DNA from: Phycisphaera mikurensis NBRC 102666
GTDB lineage: Bacteria > Planctomycetota > Phycisphaerae > Phycisphaerales > Phycisphaeraceae
DNA: 32,000 nucleotides
Direction: 5' to 3'
Assembly: GCF_000284115.1 (NCBI RefSeq)
Contig: NC_017080.1
Coordinates: 2,640,001-2,672,000, forward strand
A program made the translations under genes and the position numbers. Under the pieces are notes generated by a model. That model was not told the origin of the DNA and ran no database searches. It saw only the letters and a program-made list of their open reading frames with translations. Shown in pieces: positions 1 through 11,393 of the stretch; the stretch's first letter is position 1; every line of letters starts with the position of its first letter.

Positions 1-452
1 ACACCCGCTTCAACGTGGTCGTGCGCCCTGGCGACATCATCCGCGTCCCCAACGAGAACGCCGGCTTCTGCTACTTCACCGGGCAGATCGCACGCGGTGG
101 CGCGTACAACGTCCCCGGCGAGAACCGCCTGACGCTCAAGCAGGGCATCGCCGCCGCCGGCGGCCTGGGCCCGCTGGCCAACCCCAAGCGGGTGGACCTG
201 GTGCGGCGGATCGGCGACGACACGGAGGCCACCATCCGCCTCGACGTCAAGGCCATCTACGACGCGACGCAGCCGGACATCTACCTGAAGGTCGAGGATC
301 AGATCAACATCGGCACCTCCTTCTGGGCGGTCCCCCTGGCGATCGTCCGCAACGGCCTCCGCCTGACGTACGGCTTCGGCTTCATCGCGGACCGCAACTT
401 CGGCAACGACATCTTCGGGGCTCCGCCCCGCGACGACGGCTTCCGCCGCTGA
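1..452 (+). CDS. Polysaccharide export protein, SLBB-domain C-terminal part (5'-truncated by the window)
   Basis: Reading frame is open to the window edge (TRFNVVVRPGDIIRVPNENAGFCYFTGQIARGGAYNVP...LTLKQGIAAAGGLGPLANPKRVDLVRR), SLBB-like pattern; next to exosortase and Wzc-like genes. Confidence 0.8.
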   Translation, partial: TRFNVVVRPGDIIRVPNENAGFCYFTGQIARGGAYNVPGENRLTLKQGIAAAGGLGPLANPKRVDLVRRIGDDTEATIRLDVKAIYDATQPDIYLKVEDQINIGTSFWAVPLAIVRNGLRLTYGFGFIADRNFGNDIFGAPPRDDGFRR

Positions 453-506
453 CCGCGGCGGCGGCGCCCGAGCGGGCGTCACCGCCGGCGGATCCCCAAC
501 CGCGGC

Positions 507-2810
<2,304 letters not shown>

Positions 2811-2905
2811 ACCCCCGTTCCCGTGCCCCCCGGGCATCTCCCGGCCGCGACGGCCGGGCTTCCGTTCCGCTCCCGCCCGCCACCGCGGGCCACCCCCACC
2901 CCGCC

Positions 2906-5900
2906 ATGGCTGCCAGCGTCAACAAAACCTTCGTCGCCATCCTCGTCGCCGTGCTCGTCGCGGTGGTCGGCCTCGCCGGCGGCGTCTATTGGAAGCTGTA
3001 CCACCGCACCGCCGACCAGCTGCGGGTGGAGGGCGAGAAGCACCTCATCGAGGCCCGGCGGCACGCCGCCGAGGTCGACAGCCTGGAGGGCGACGCGGCG
3101 CTGCAGAGCTACCGCCGGTCCGGCGAGGAGTACGAGCAGGCCACCAGCCTCTTCGGGCAGGCCTTCACCCGCGAACCGACGAACCTGGAGATCCTCCAGA
3201 ACTACATCGACTCGCTGTCGCAGATGCACGCGCCCAACCGGATCCGCGCTCAGGAGTTCCATCAGGAGCTCCTGGCCAAGCGGAAGCTGGCGGTGGAGCT
3301 CAGCGGCGACCAGCCCGAGCGGCTCGACGCTTACTTCGAGAGCCTGATGGCGATGGTGCCCTGGGCCGGCGAGGGCGTCTACCAAGCCGTCTTCCGGGAG
3401 GCCGAGCAGCGGCTGGCGACCAACCCCGACGACGCGATCTCCCGCAAGTACCGCGCCATCGTCGGCACCCACCGGCTCAACGAGAGCACCGACCTCACCG
3501 AGCAGCGGGCCATCCTCGACGACGTGGAGCGGGCGCTGGAAGAGTCGCCCGACGACCCCGAGCTGCACCTGGCGATGGCGCGCTACCAGCTGTTCGAGGC
3601 CGGGCGGGTGGAGCTCGACGACGCCGCCTTCGACGCCGCGATGCAGGCGGCGATCGAGGCGATCGAGGCCGCCACGCCGGGCGCTTCGGAGGATCGGACC
3701 GTGCTGCTGGGGCAGAACGAGGCCCGCCTGCGGGCGCTGCGGATGCTGCGGACCTCGGCCGCACGCGCGGCCGGCCGCGGGGTCGCCGCGGCGCGGATCG
3801 AGGCGCTGACCGCCCGTGCCGACCAGCTGGAGGCCCAGCTCGCCGAGGAGATCGGGCGGCTGGAGGCCTCCATCGCGAGCGATCCGACCATCGACGACCT
3901 CGTGCGGACCGCCGACTTGCTGACGGCGGTGGACCGCGAAGCCGTCGTGCTCGAGGGCGACGTCGCCTCCACGGGCGGCCTCAAGCGGACCGAGGCGCTC
4001 GTGCGTCGGGCCATCGCGAGCGAGCCGCTGAACGTCTCCTACAAGGTGATGCTGGGCAACCTTCTGCGGCTGCGGCAGCAGCACGACGAGGCGCTGACCG
4101 TCTACCGCGAGGCGGACGCGCTCGAGGCCGTGGGCCCCGCGGAGATGATGCTCCGCTCGGACGCCCGCCGGCGCCAGGCCCGCTTCGAGATCGCGAGCAT
4201 CGAGCTGATCAAGGCGGAGGCCGCCTCCGACCCCGCCGAGCGCGAGAGGCTGCTCAAGGGCGCCGAGGAAGCCGTCGACGAGCTGGTGAACGCCGAGCAG
4301 CGGACGGCGCGGGTCCTCCTGCTCGAGGGCAAGATCGCCCTTCTCCGCAAGCAGACCACGCGGGCGATGCAGAGCCTCGATCGCGCGGTGCAGATGTACG
4401 CCGACGCCGGCCAGCCCAACGTGGAGGCGATCCTGCTCTCCGCCCGCGCGCGGCAGAGCGAGCAGCAGTACGGGGCCGCCGCCGAGCGCCTCGAGGAGCT
4501 GCTCCGGGCCTACCCGCTGGAGCGGAGCCCCTCCACCGAGCAGCGGATCCGTCGCCAGCTGGCGGAGATCTACCTCGCCTCGAATCGACCCCAGGAGGCC
4601 GCGGGCCAGGTGGACCGCCTCGCCGAGATCGCCGCCGAGGACGCCTCGGTCGCGGCGCTGCGCGGACAGGTGGCGCTGCAGAACAACGAGCCCGACAAGG
4701 CGGCGGCGGTCTTCGAGGCCGCGGGCTTGATGGGCAACCCCGGCATCGTGCGCCGCCTGGCGCAGGCCTACCGCGCCAACGGTCGCCCGGAGGAGGCCAC
4801 CGGCTTGCTCTCGGGCTTCCTCGACGCCAATCCCGCCGACCCCGGCGTGCTCGCGGAGTTGATGCCGGCGCTGGACGAGGACGCCCGCGCGTCCCGCATC
4901 GCCGCGGCCGAGGCCGCCGGGCTCGCCGAGGAGACGGCGATGCTGCTCCGCGGCAGCAGCGACCCCGCAGACCGCCAGCGGCTCGTCGACTCCCTCGCGG
5001 CGCGGGACGGCGGCGGGATCGAGGAGCAGCTCCGCCGGGCCACCCTGTGGGAGCGGCTCGAGGAGCCGGAGAAGGCCGCGGCGGCCTACGACCGCGCCCG
5101 CGCGATCGATCCGAACCACCCGCGGGTCCTCCTGGAGGACCTGCGGATCGCGCTGGAGGCGGGAGAGATCGAACGGGCCCGCCGGCTGGCCAGCACCGCG
5201 AGCGAGGAGAACCTCGACCTCGCCGGCGGCCGCTTCATCCGCGGCCAGGTGGCGGCGGCCCAGGGCGACACCGGCACCGCGATCGTTCTCTACAAGGAGG
5301 GCCTGCGGGAGCGACCGATCTACGACCAGGGTTGGAAGACGCTCGGCGACCTGCACCTCCGCGAGGGCGACCCCAACCAGGCCGCCGACGCGTACAGCCA
5401 GGCGACGCGCCAGCGGCCCGACAACGTCGGGGCGCTGCTGGGGCTCGCCGAGTCCCAGCGGATGCGTGGCCGCGAGGGCGCCGCGCTCGCGGCGCTGCGT
5501 GAGGCCGTGTCCGTGGTGCCCGAGAACGCCGGCGTGCGGGAGCGCTACCTCGCCTACGAGATCGCCCGCGGCGACGCGGAGCGGGCCCTGGCCTTCCGCC
5601 GGGAGCGGGCGGCTCAGCGTCCCGACGACGCCGGCAACCAGCTCGCGCTGGCACGGCTGCTCGTCGATCGGCAGCGGCCAGCGGAAGCCTTCGAGGTGCT
5701 CGACGCACTCGATGCCGCGGGCGACGTCGGCGTCACCCGCGCGTCGGCCGCGACCCGCGCCTCGCTGCTGGCGGAGGTCCGGGGCGACGACGAGGGCATC
5801 GCCTCGTTCCGCGGCTACCTCGCGGAGCGTGGCGAGGCGGCCGAAGCCGCGGACTACAGCGCCCTCGGGCGGCTGCTGGCCGCGGCCGGCGAGGCGGACG

Positions 5901-7558
5901 AGGCGCTCGCGGCCTACCAACGAGCCGCCGAGATGGAATCGCCCGACGACCCCCGCCGCGCCGCCACCCGCGAGCTCGGCGACTACCTCTTCGCAAGCGG
6001 CGACCCGGTGGCGGCCGCCGCCGTGTACCGCGACCTGCTCGCCTCGGACGCGCTCGCGCCCGAGGACCGCCAGCGGATCGCGCTGCGGCAGGCCGAGACC
6101 CTGGTCCGCGCCGGGGACGCGCCGGCGGCCGAGGCGCTGCTGAAGGACCAGGAACCCACCGCCGAGAGCGAGCTGCTCGTCGCGATGATCGCCAGCGGCC
6201 GCGGCGACGCGGAGGCGGCGAGGGCCTCGGTGGAGCGTGCGCTCCAGCTCAACCCCGAGTCGTCGGCCGCGTACCTGCAGCGGGCACTCCTGCCCGGCGC
6301 GGATCCGCAGCAGGCGCTTGCCGACGCGGAGCGTGCCGCGAGCCTCGACCCCGGCGACGCGGCCGCCGGGCAGCTGCGGACCGAGCTTCTCCTCCGGCTG
6401 GGGCGGCGCGAAGAGGCCACCGCGGCGCTGCGTGAGCGGCTCGACCAGAACCCCGGCGACGTCCGCGCCCGCGTCCGGCTCGCGGAGCTGCGCGCCGCCG
6501 ACGGCGAGCGCGACGACGCGGAGCGGCTGATCGAGGCGGGCCGACGCCTGGACCCCGACAACCCGGTCTGGGACCGCTTCGCTCGGCAGCTCGCGGCGTC
6601 CTCGCCGGATGCCGCGACCGCCACCGCGGCGTTGGAGGCGATGCTGGCCGAGAGCGGCGACCCCGCGGTGCTCGCGCGCCTCGCCCGCCGCCACCTCGAC
6701 GGAGGCGACGACGCCTCGGCGCTCGCGGCCTTGGACGGGTCCCCCGCCCTCGTGCAGGAGAGCCCGGAGCTGCAGGCGATCCGCGGCCGCGCCCTGGCCG
6801 CCGGTGGAGACACCGAGGGAGCCCGCAACGTGCTCCGCCTCGCGGCGGAGCGGAGCCGGGGGATCGGGGAGCTGGGCGGCGTGCTCAACGAGGCCGCGGC
6901 CGTTCTCGATCCAGAAGAGGCCGTGACGCTCGCCGAGGCCGCACCGAGCACCTTCGACGAGGCCTCGCTGGAGCTGGTGCAGGCCGCCGTGCTGATGAAC
7001 CATCAGCGCTGGGGTGCCACCGTGGCGCTGCTGGAAGCCCCCGATGCCGCCAGCCGCGACGCCGAGGGCGACCTGCTGGCGCGGCGGGACCGCTCGCTCG
7101 CCACCTCGCTGCAGAGCCTCGGCCGCGCGGAGGAGGCCAAGGCACGGTACGAGGCGCTCCTCGCGGAGCAGCCCGAGGACGTCGGGGCGCTGAACAACCT
7201 CGCGTACCTGCTCGCCGTCGACCTCGACCGCCCGGGCGAGGCGGTGCCCCTCGCGGAGCGTGCGCGGGACGCTTTGTCCCAGGGCGTCCCGCCGGTGCAG
7301 CGGGCGGCGGTGCTGGACACGCTGGGCTGGGCGCAGCACCTCGCGGGCGACGAGACCGCCGCCCGCGCGACGCTCGAGGAGAGCCTGCGCCTCGCGCCGA
7401 TCCCCGCGGCACACCTCCACCTCGCCCGCGTCTACCGGGCGATCGGGCTCGACACGCTCGCCGACGACCAGGCCCGGCGGGCGCGCTCGCTCGCGAGCGA
7501 GCGGGGCGACGCGGCGGTCCTCGAGGAGGTCGAGGCTTTCGAGGCCGCCGCGGGTTGA
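2906..7558 (+). CDS. Large TPR-repeat protein with N-terminal membrane anchor, exosortase/EPS-locus type
   Basis: ATG at 2906 (MAASVNKTFVAILVAVLVAVVGLAGGVYWKLY); many degenerate TPR units such as AVQMYADAGQPNVEAILLSAR and GWKTLGDLHLREGDPNQAADAYSQATRQRPDNVGALLGLAESQ. Confidence 0.85.
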   Translation: MAASVNKTFVAILVAVLVAVVGLAGGVYWKLYHRTADQLRVEGEKHLIEARRHAAEVDSLEGDAALQSYRRSGEEYEQATSLFGQAFTREPTNLEILQNYIDSLSQMHAPNRIRAQEFHQELLAKRKLAVELSGDQPERLDAYFESLMAMVPWAGEGVYQAVFREAEQRLATNPDDAISRKYRAIVGTHRLNESTDLTEQRAILDDVERALEESPDDPELHLAMARYQLFEAGRVELDDAAFDAAMQAAIEAIEAATPGASEDRTVLLGQNEARLRALRMLRTSAARAAGRGVAAARIEALTARADQLEAQLAEEIGRLEASIASDPTIDDLVRTADLLTAVDREAVVLEGDVASTGGLKRTEALVRRAIASEPLNVSYKVMLGNLLRLRQQHDEALTVYREADALEAVGPAEMMLRSDARRRQARFEIASIELIKAEAASDPAERERLLKGAEEAVDELVNAEQRTARVLLLEGKIALLRKQTTRAMQSLDRAVQMYADAGQPNVEAILLSARARQSEQQYGAAAERLEELLRAYPLERSPSTEQRIRRQLAEIYLASNRPQEAAGQVDRLAEIAAEDASVAALRGQVALQNNEPDKAAAVFEAAGLMGNPGIVRRLAQAYRANGRPEEATGLLSGFLDANPADPGVLAELMPALDEDARASRIAAAEAAGLAEETAMLLRGSSDPADRQRLVDSLAARDGGGIEEQLRRATLWERLEEPEKAAAAYDRARAIDPNHPRVLLEDLRIALEAGEIERARRLASTASEENLDLAGGRFIRGQVAAAQGDTGTAIVLYKEGLRERPIYDQGWKTLGDLHLREGDPNQAADAYSQATRQRPDNVGALLGLAESQRMRGREGAALAALREAVSVVPENAGVRERYLAYEIARGDAERALAFRRERAAQRPDDAGNQLALARLLVDRQRPAEAFEVLDALDAAGDVGVTRASAATRASLLAEVRGDDEGIASFRGYLAERGEAAEAADYSALGRLLAAAGEADEALAAYQRAAEMESPDDPRRAATRELGDYLFASGDPVAAAAVYRDLLASDALAPEDRQRIALRQAETLVRAGDAPAAEALLKDQEPTAESELLVAMIASGRGDAEAARASVERALQLNPESSAAYLQRALLPGADPQQALADAERAASLDPGDAAAGQLRTELLLRLGRREEATAALRERLDQNPGDVRARVRLAELRAADGERDDAERLIEAGRRLDPDNPVWDRFARQLAASSPDAATATAALEAMLAESGDPAVLARLARRHLDGGDDASALAALDGSPALVQESPELQAIRGRALAAGGDTEGARNVLRLAAERSRGIGELGGVLNEAAAVLDPEEAVTLAEAAPSTFDEASLELVQAAVLMNHQRWGATVALLEAPDAASRDAEGDLLARRDRSLATSLQSLGRAEEAKARYEALLAEQPEDVGALNNLAYLLAVDLDRPGEAVPLAERARDALSQGVPPVQRAAVLDTLGWAQHLAGDETAARATLEESLRLAPIPAAHLHLARVYRAIGLDTLADDQARRARSLASERGDAAVLEEVEAFEAAAG

Positions 7559-7606
7559 TGCGCGTCCACCGCCCCCGCGAAGCGGGCACCGCGGGCGCCC
7601 GATTTT

Positions 7607-7652
7607 CCGCGGACCGCCGCTCGCCGTGCCGCTCCGCGGGCACGGTCCGCGG
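7607..7652. repeat. 46-bp inverted-repeat element, copy A (CCGCGGACCG-N26-CGGTCCGCGG)
   Basis: Arms 7607-7616 and 7643-7652, exact reverse complements, 26-nt spacer. Confidence 0.85.
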
Positions 7653-7693
7653 GAAGGCGGTTGCCTCTCGACCCGGTACGGTTGATCCTGCGT

Positions 7694-7712
7694 AGGAGCC
7701 GCGAGGGCTCCT
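7694..7712. promoter_or_regulatory. Leader hairpin upstream of the Wzc-like gene
   Basis: AGGAGCC-GCGAG-GGCTCCT, perfect 7-bp stem, 55 nt before the ATG at 7768. Confidence 0.4.
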
Positions 7713-7767
7713 GACCTCCCCGCCTTCCGGCTTTTCGATCCCGCTTTCCTCGCTCACGCGTAACGCC

Positions 7768-10218
7768 ATGACCGCCAACCCCCTCTCGACGATCCCGCCG
7801 ATCGGGCCGACCACCGGCATGACCGCCCCGCCGATGTCGGCGAAGTTCAAGCCGGTCGACCCGGTCCGGCTGCTCCGCCAGCACCTCCTGTTGCTCGTCA
7901 TCGCCGGGCTCTTGGGCGGCATCGTCGGCGGCGGCCTGTGGTACGTCTGGCGGACGTACGCGCCGCTGTACGGCAGCAAGGCCCAGCTGCTGGTCACCGG
8001 CACGCCGCGCGACGCGACGCAGATCGTGCAGTTCGGGACCAGCTCCAGCGAGCTGTCCGAGATCGAGAACTTCATCAAGAACCAGCTGCCGGTGCTCAGC
8101 TCCGACGACCTGCTGCGCAGCGCCGTCAACAACCCGCAGGTCAAGCAGACCACCTGGTACAAGCAGTTCGGCGGCGACGTGCAGCGGGCCGCGGAAGCCC
8201 TCCAGGAGGACCACTTCACGGCGAGCGCCGACCGCGGCTCCTCGCTGATCAACCTCCAGGTCAACATGTCGCTGCCGGCGGACGCGCAGCAGGTGCTCGG
8301 CGGGATCATCGAGGCCTACCTGACCAAGCGGCAGATCGATCAGGCGAACCTCTCGGCGCTCTCGGCGCAGGCGATGACCCGCGACCTGCGGTCGGCCGAG
8401 GACGAGATCCAGCAGCTGGAGATGGCTTACCAGAACTTCATCCGCGACAACGACCTGGCGACGGTGCAGAACCAGAACTCGGAGGTCGCGATGGAGTACA
8501 GCGCGTTGACGACCCGCCGGCTCGAGCTCGAGCTCGAGCTCAACGCGGCCATGGGCTCCACCGCCGCGATGATGCAGGCGGAGGCGGAGGACCCGGACCG
8601 CGCGATGAGCGAGAACGAGGAGGCGGCGCTGCGGCTGTACCCCTCCGTCGCGAGCCGGGAGGAACAGCTCAAGCAGCTCCAGGAGGAGATCAACGTGCAG
8701 GCGGGGCTGGGCCGCGGCGAGCAGCACGCCATCCAGCGGAGCCTCGCCCAGCGGGTCGAGGCCGTGGAGCGGGAGCTGGCCGCCACGATGGCCAACGAGC
8801 TGCGGAAGTACCGGGCGACCCAGCTCGCCCTCGCCGAGCAAGCGGTGGAGGGTCTGAAGGCGACGGCCGCCGAGATCGAGGGCAAGGCCCGCGTGGCCCA
8901 CGAGCGGATGAAGGACTACAGCCGGAAGCTGACGCAGGTTGCCGAGATCCAGAGCAACCTGGAGCTGGCGCGGGCCAACCGGGCGGACGCGCAATCGGAC
9001 CTCCGGGACCGCCGCATCTTCAACGCCCGCGAGGACATCACCCGCGTCCAGCGGCAGACCAACCCCACGCGGGCGGAACTCGTGTCGCCCAAGCCTCTCG
9101 TGGTCATCCCCGGCGTCACCATGCTCTTCCTGGGCCTCACCGGAGGCCTGCTGTTCGCCCGCGAGATGCTCGACCAGCGGGTGAAGAGCCCGGCGGACCT
9201 GAAGATGCTGCCCGACGTCGCGCTGCTGGGCGTGCTCCCCGACGCCGCCGAGGACCCCTCCGGCGAGAAGTCGGTGGAGCGTGCCGTGGAGCTCGCCCCC
9301 GCCGGGCTGATGGCCGAGGCGTACCGCCAGGTCCGCACCTCGCTGCTCGCGAAGATGGACCGACGCGGCTACAAGACGCTGCTGGTCGTGGGCGGCCAGC
9401 CCGAGAGCGGGGCTTCCTCGGTGGCCCAGAACCTTGCCGCTTCGCTGGCTTACAACGGCCGCCGCGTGCTGGTGCTCGACGTGAACTTCCGGCGCCCGCG
9501 GCAGCACGAGCTCGCCGGCATCGCCAACTTCCACGGGCTCGTCAACGTCCTCGAGGAGGACGCGCCCTGGGCCGCCGCGGTGCACCAGGTCGAGGACATG
9601 TCGCTGTACGTGCTGCCCACCGGCGAGGCGAGCGAAGCCCACCCCGAGATGCTCGAGGGCCAGGCCTTCCGCGGCCTGCTCGGCGAACTGGAGACCGAGT
9701 ACGACCTGGTCGTCATCGACGCGCCGCCGGCGCTCTTGACCTCGGACAGCCAGCTGCTCGCGAAGCAGGTCGATGCGATCGCCATCGTGGTCCGCGCCAG
9801 CCGCGACCCGCGCGGCATGGTCGAGCGGATGCTCCGCCGGCTCGACGGCCAGCGGGCCGACGTGCTCGGGGTGATCCTCAACGGCGTCAGGTCGGCGGCG
9901 GGCGGCTACTTCCGCAAGTCGTACCAGGAGTTCTACGACTACCGCGAGAACGACAAGAAGCGGCCCGCCGGCGCCGACCGCCGGAGCCGCAAGCCGGTGG
10001 CCGCGGCGGCCGCGGCGGCCGGACCGGCCGCCCACGACGGGGACCTCAGGCCCGAGCCCGCCGACGACGACCTGCACGGCGTGATGACCGCCGAAGAGCG
10101 GGAGGGGCTCTCCTCGCCGGCGGCCGCGCTCAGCTTCCCGCCGCCAGAGACCGAAGACGAGCCGGGCATCGAGGATTCCTTCGAGATCGGGCTCGACGAC
10201 CCGCCGAAGCGGGATTGA
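7768..10218 (+). CDS. Wzz/Wzc-like polysaccharide co-polymerase with BY-kinase/MinD-like P-loop domain (atypical Walker A)
   Basis: N-terminal Wzz-like region (PVDPVRLLRQHLLLLVIAGLLGGIVGGGLWYVWRTYAPLY), coiled coil, second TM (VIPGVTMLFLGLTGGLLFARE), then LVVGGQPESGASSVAQNLAASLAYNGRRVLVLDVNFRRP...YDLVVIDAPPAL. Confidence 0.88.
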   Translation: MTANPLSTIPPIGPTTGMTAPPMSAKFKPVDPVRLLRQHLLLLVIAGLLGGIVGGGLWYVWRTYAPLYGSKAQLLVTGTPRDATQIVQFGTSSSELSEIENFIKNQLPVLSSDDLLRSAVNNPQVKQTTWYKQFGGDVQRAAEALQEDHFTASADRGSSLINLQVNMSLPADAQQVLGGIIEAYLTKRQIDQANLSALSAQAMTRDLRSAEDEIQQLEMAYQNFIRDNDLATVQNQNSEVAMEYSALTTRRLELELELNAAMGSTAAMMQAEAEDPDRAMSENEEAALRLYPSVASREEQLKQLQEEINVQAGLGRGEQHAIQRSLAQRVEAVERELAATMANELRKYRATQLALAEQAVEGLKATAAEIEGKARVAHERMKDYSRKLTQVAEIQSNLELARANRADAQSDLRDRRIFNAREDITRVQRQTNPTRAELVSPKPLVVIPGVTMLFLGLTGGLLFAREMLDQRVKSPADLKMLPDVALLGVLPDAAEDPSGEKSVERAVELAPAGLMAEAYRQVRTSLLAKMDRRGYKTLLVVGGQPESGASSVAQNLAASLAYNGRRVLVLDVNFRRPRQHELAGIANFHGLVNVLEEDAPWAAAVHQVEDMSLYVLPTGEASEAHPEMLEGQAFRGLLGELETEYDLVVIDAPPALLTSDSQLLAKQVDAIAIVVRASRDPRGMVERMLRRLDGQRADVLGVILNGVRSAAGGYFRKSYQEFYDYRENDKKRPAGADRRSRKPVAAAAAAAGPAAHDGDLRPEPADDDLHGVMTAEEREGLSSPAAALSFPPPETEDEPGIEDSFEIGLDDPPKRD

Positions 10219-10320
10219 CGGCCCTCGCCCGCTCGTCCGGGTCCCGCTCCGGGGCGGGCTCGAGGCGGCCGCCACCCGCTGGTGCTCGCCGCTCCTCCTC
10301 CCGATCCTCCTCCCGGTCCC

Positions 10321-11346
10321 GTGCCTGAACCCCGCCACCTCCTCGTCACCGGCGCCGCCGGCTTCATCGGCTCGCACCTGGTGCGGCGGCTGCTTGCCGC
10401 GGGGCATCGGGTCACCGGCCTGGACGACCTCTCCACGGGCTCGGCCGAGAACCTCGCGGAGCTTCCCGGCGGCGCACGCTTCCGGCTGCACGAGGGCGAC
10501 GCCGCGACGCTGCTGCGGTCCGCCGCGTTGGAAGGCACGATCGACGGCGTCTTCCACCTCGCCGCGTCGGTGGGGGTGGCGCGGGTGGTCGACGCCCCCT
10601 CCGCGTCCGCCGAGAACAACCTCGACCAGAGCCGCGCCGTGCTGCGCTTCGCCCGGGAGCGGGGAGCGGCGCTCCTGCTGGCCTCCAGCTCGGAGGTCTA
10701 CGGCAAGTGCCCGGCGTTGCCGTGCCGCGAGGCCGCCGACCTCTGCTTCGGCCCCCCCACCGCCAGCCGCTGGAGCTACGGCCTCGCCAAGGCGCTCGAT
10801 GAGCACCTCGCCCTCGACGCCGCGCGAAGCGGCGGCGGTCGCGTGATCATCGCGCGTCTTTTCAACGCCATCGGCCCCGGCCAGCTCGGCCGCTACGGAA
10901 TGGTGGTGCCCCGGTTCGTGACGGCCGCGGCCGCAGGCGGCGAGCTGGAGGTCTACGGCGACGGCTCGCAGGCCCGCTGCTTCTGCGACGTGCGCGACAC
11001 CGCCGCGGCGTTGGAGCGGCTCCTGCTCGGCCCGGCGCCGGCCCATGAGATCTTCAACGTCGGCGGCGACGAGCCGGTGACGATCGCGGCGCTCGCGGAG
11101 CGGGTGCAGCGGCGGGCGCGGGCCCTGGGCCTCCCAGGCGGCACCATCGTCCACCGGCCTTACGAAGAGGTGTACGGCGCCGGCTTCGAGGAACCGCGGC
11201 GGCGTGTGCCTGACCTCGGACGCGTCCGGGCGGCGGGTTGGGCGCCGCGGATCGGCCTCGACCAGACGCTCGATGCGCTGCTGCGGCCGCTGGCGGCGGC
11301 GCGGTCCGCGGGTGGAACGATTCAAGCGGTGGGGGTGCCCGCTTGA
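10321..11346 (+). CDS. NAD-dependent epimerase/dehydratase (extended SDR, sugar-nucleotide modifying)
   Basis: HLLVTGAAGFIGSHLVRRL Rossmann motif, SSEVYGK, YGLAK catalytic motif, ARLFNAIGPGQ. GTG start at 10321 likely; an alternative GTG exists at 10282. Confidence 0.85.
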   Translation: MPEPRHLLVTGAAGFIGSHLVRRLLAAGHRVTGLDDLSTGSAENLAELPGGARFRLHEGDAATLLRSAALEGTIDGVFHLAASVGVARVVDAPSASAENNLDQSRAVLRFARERGAALLLASSSEVYGKCPALPCREAADLCFGPPTASRWSYGLAKALDEHLALDAARSGGGRVIIARLFNAIGPGQLGRYGMVVPRFVTAAAAGGELEVYGDGSQARCFCDVRDTAAALERLLLGPAPAHEIFNVGGDEPVTIAALAERVQRRARALGLPGGTIVHRPYEEVYGAGFEEPRRRVPDLGRVRAAGWAPRIGLDQTLDALLRPLAAARSAGGTIQAVGVPA

Positions 11347-11393
11347 GCGAGAACGAGCCCCTCCTCGCCGCTCCTCCGCTCGCGGAGACCGCC

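Noticed and set aside
8520-8541. Short tandem CTCGAG repeat in the Wzc-like gene
   Set aside because: Encodes LELELEL in a predicted coiled coil; ordinary coding microsatellite.
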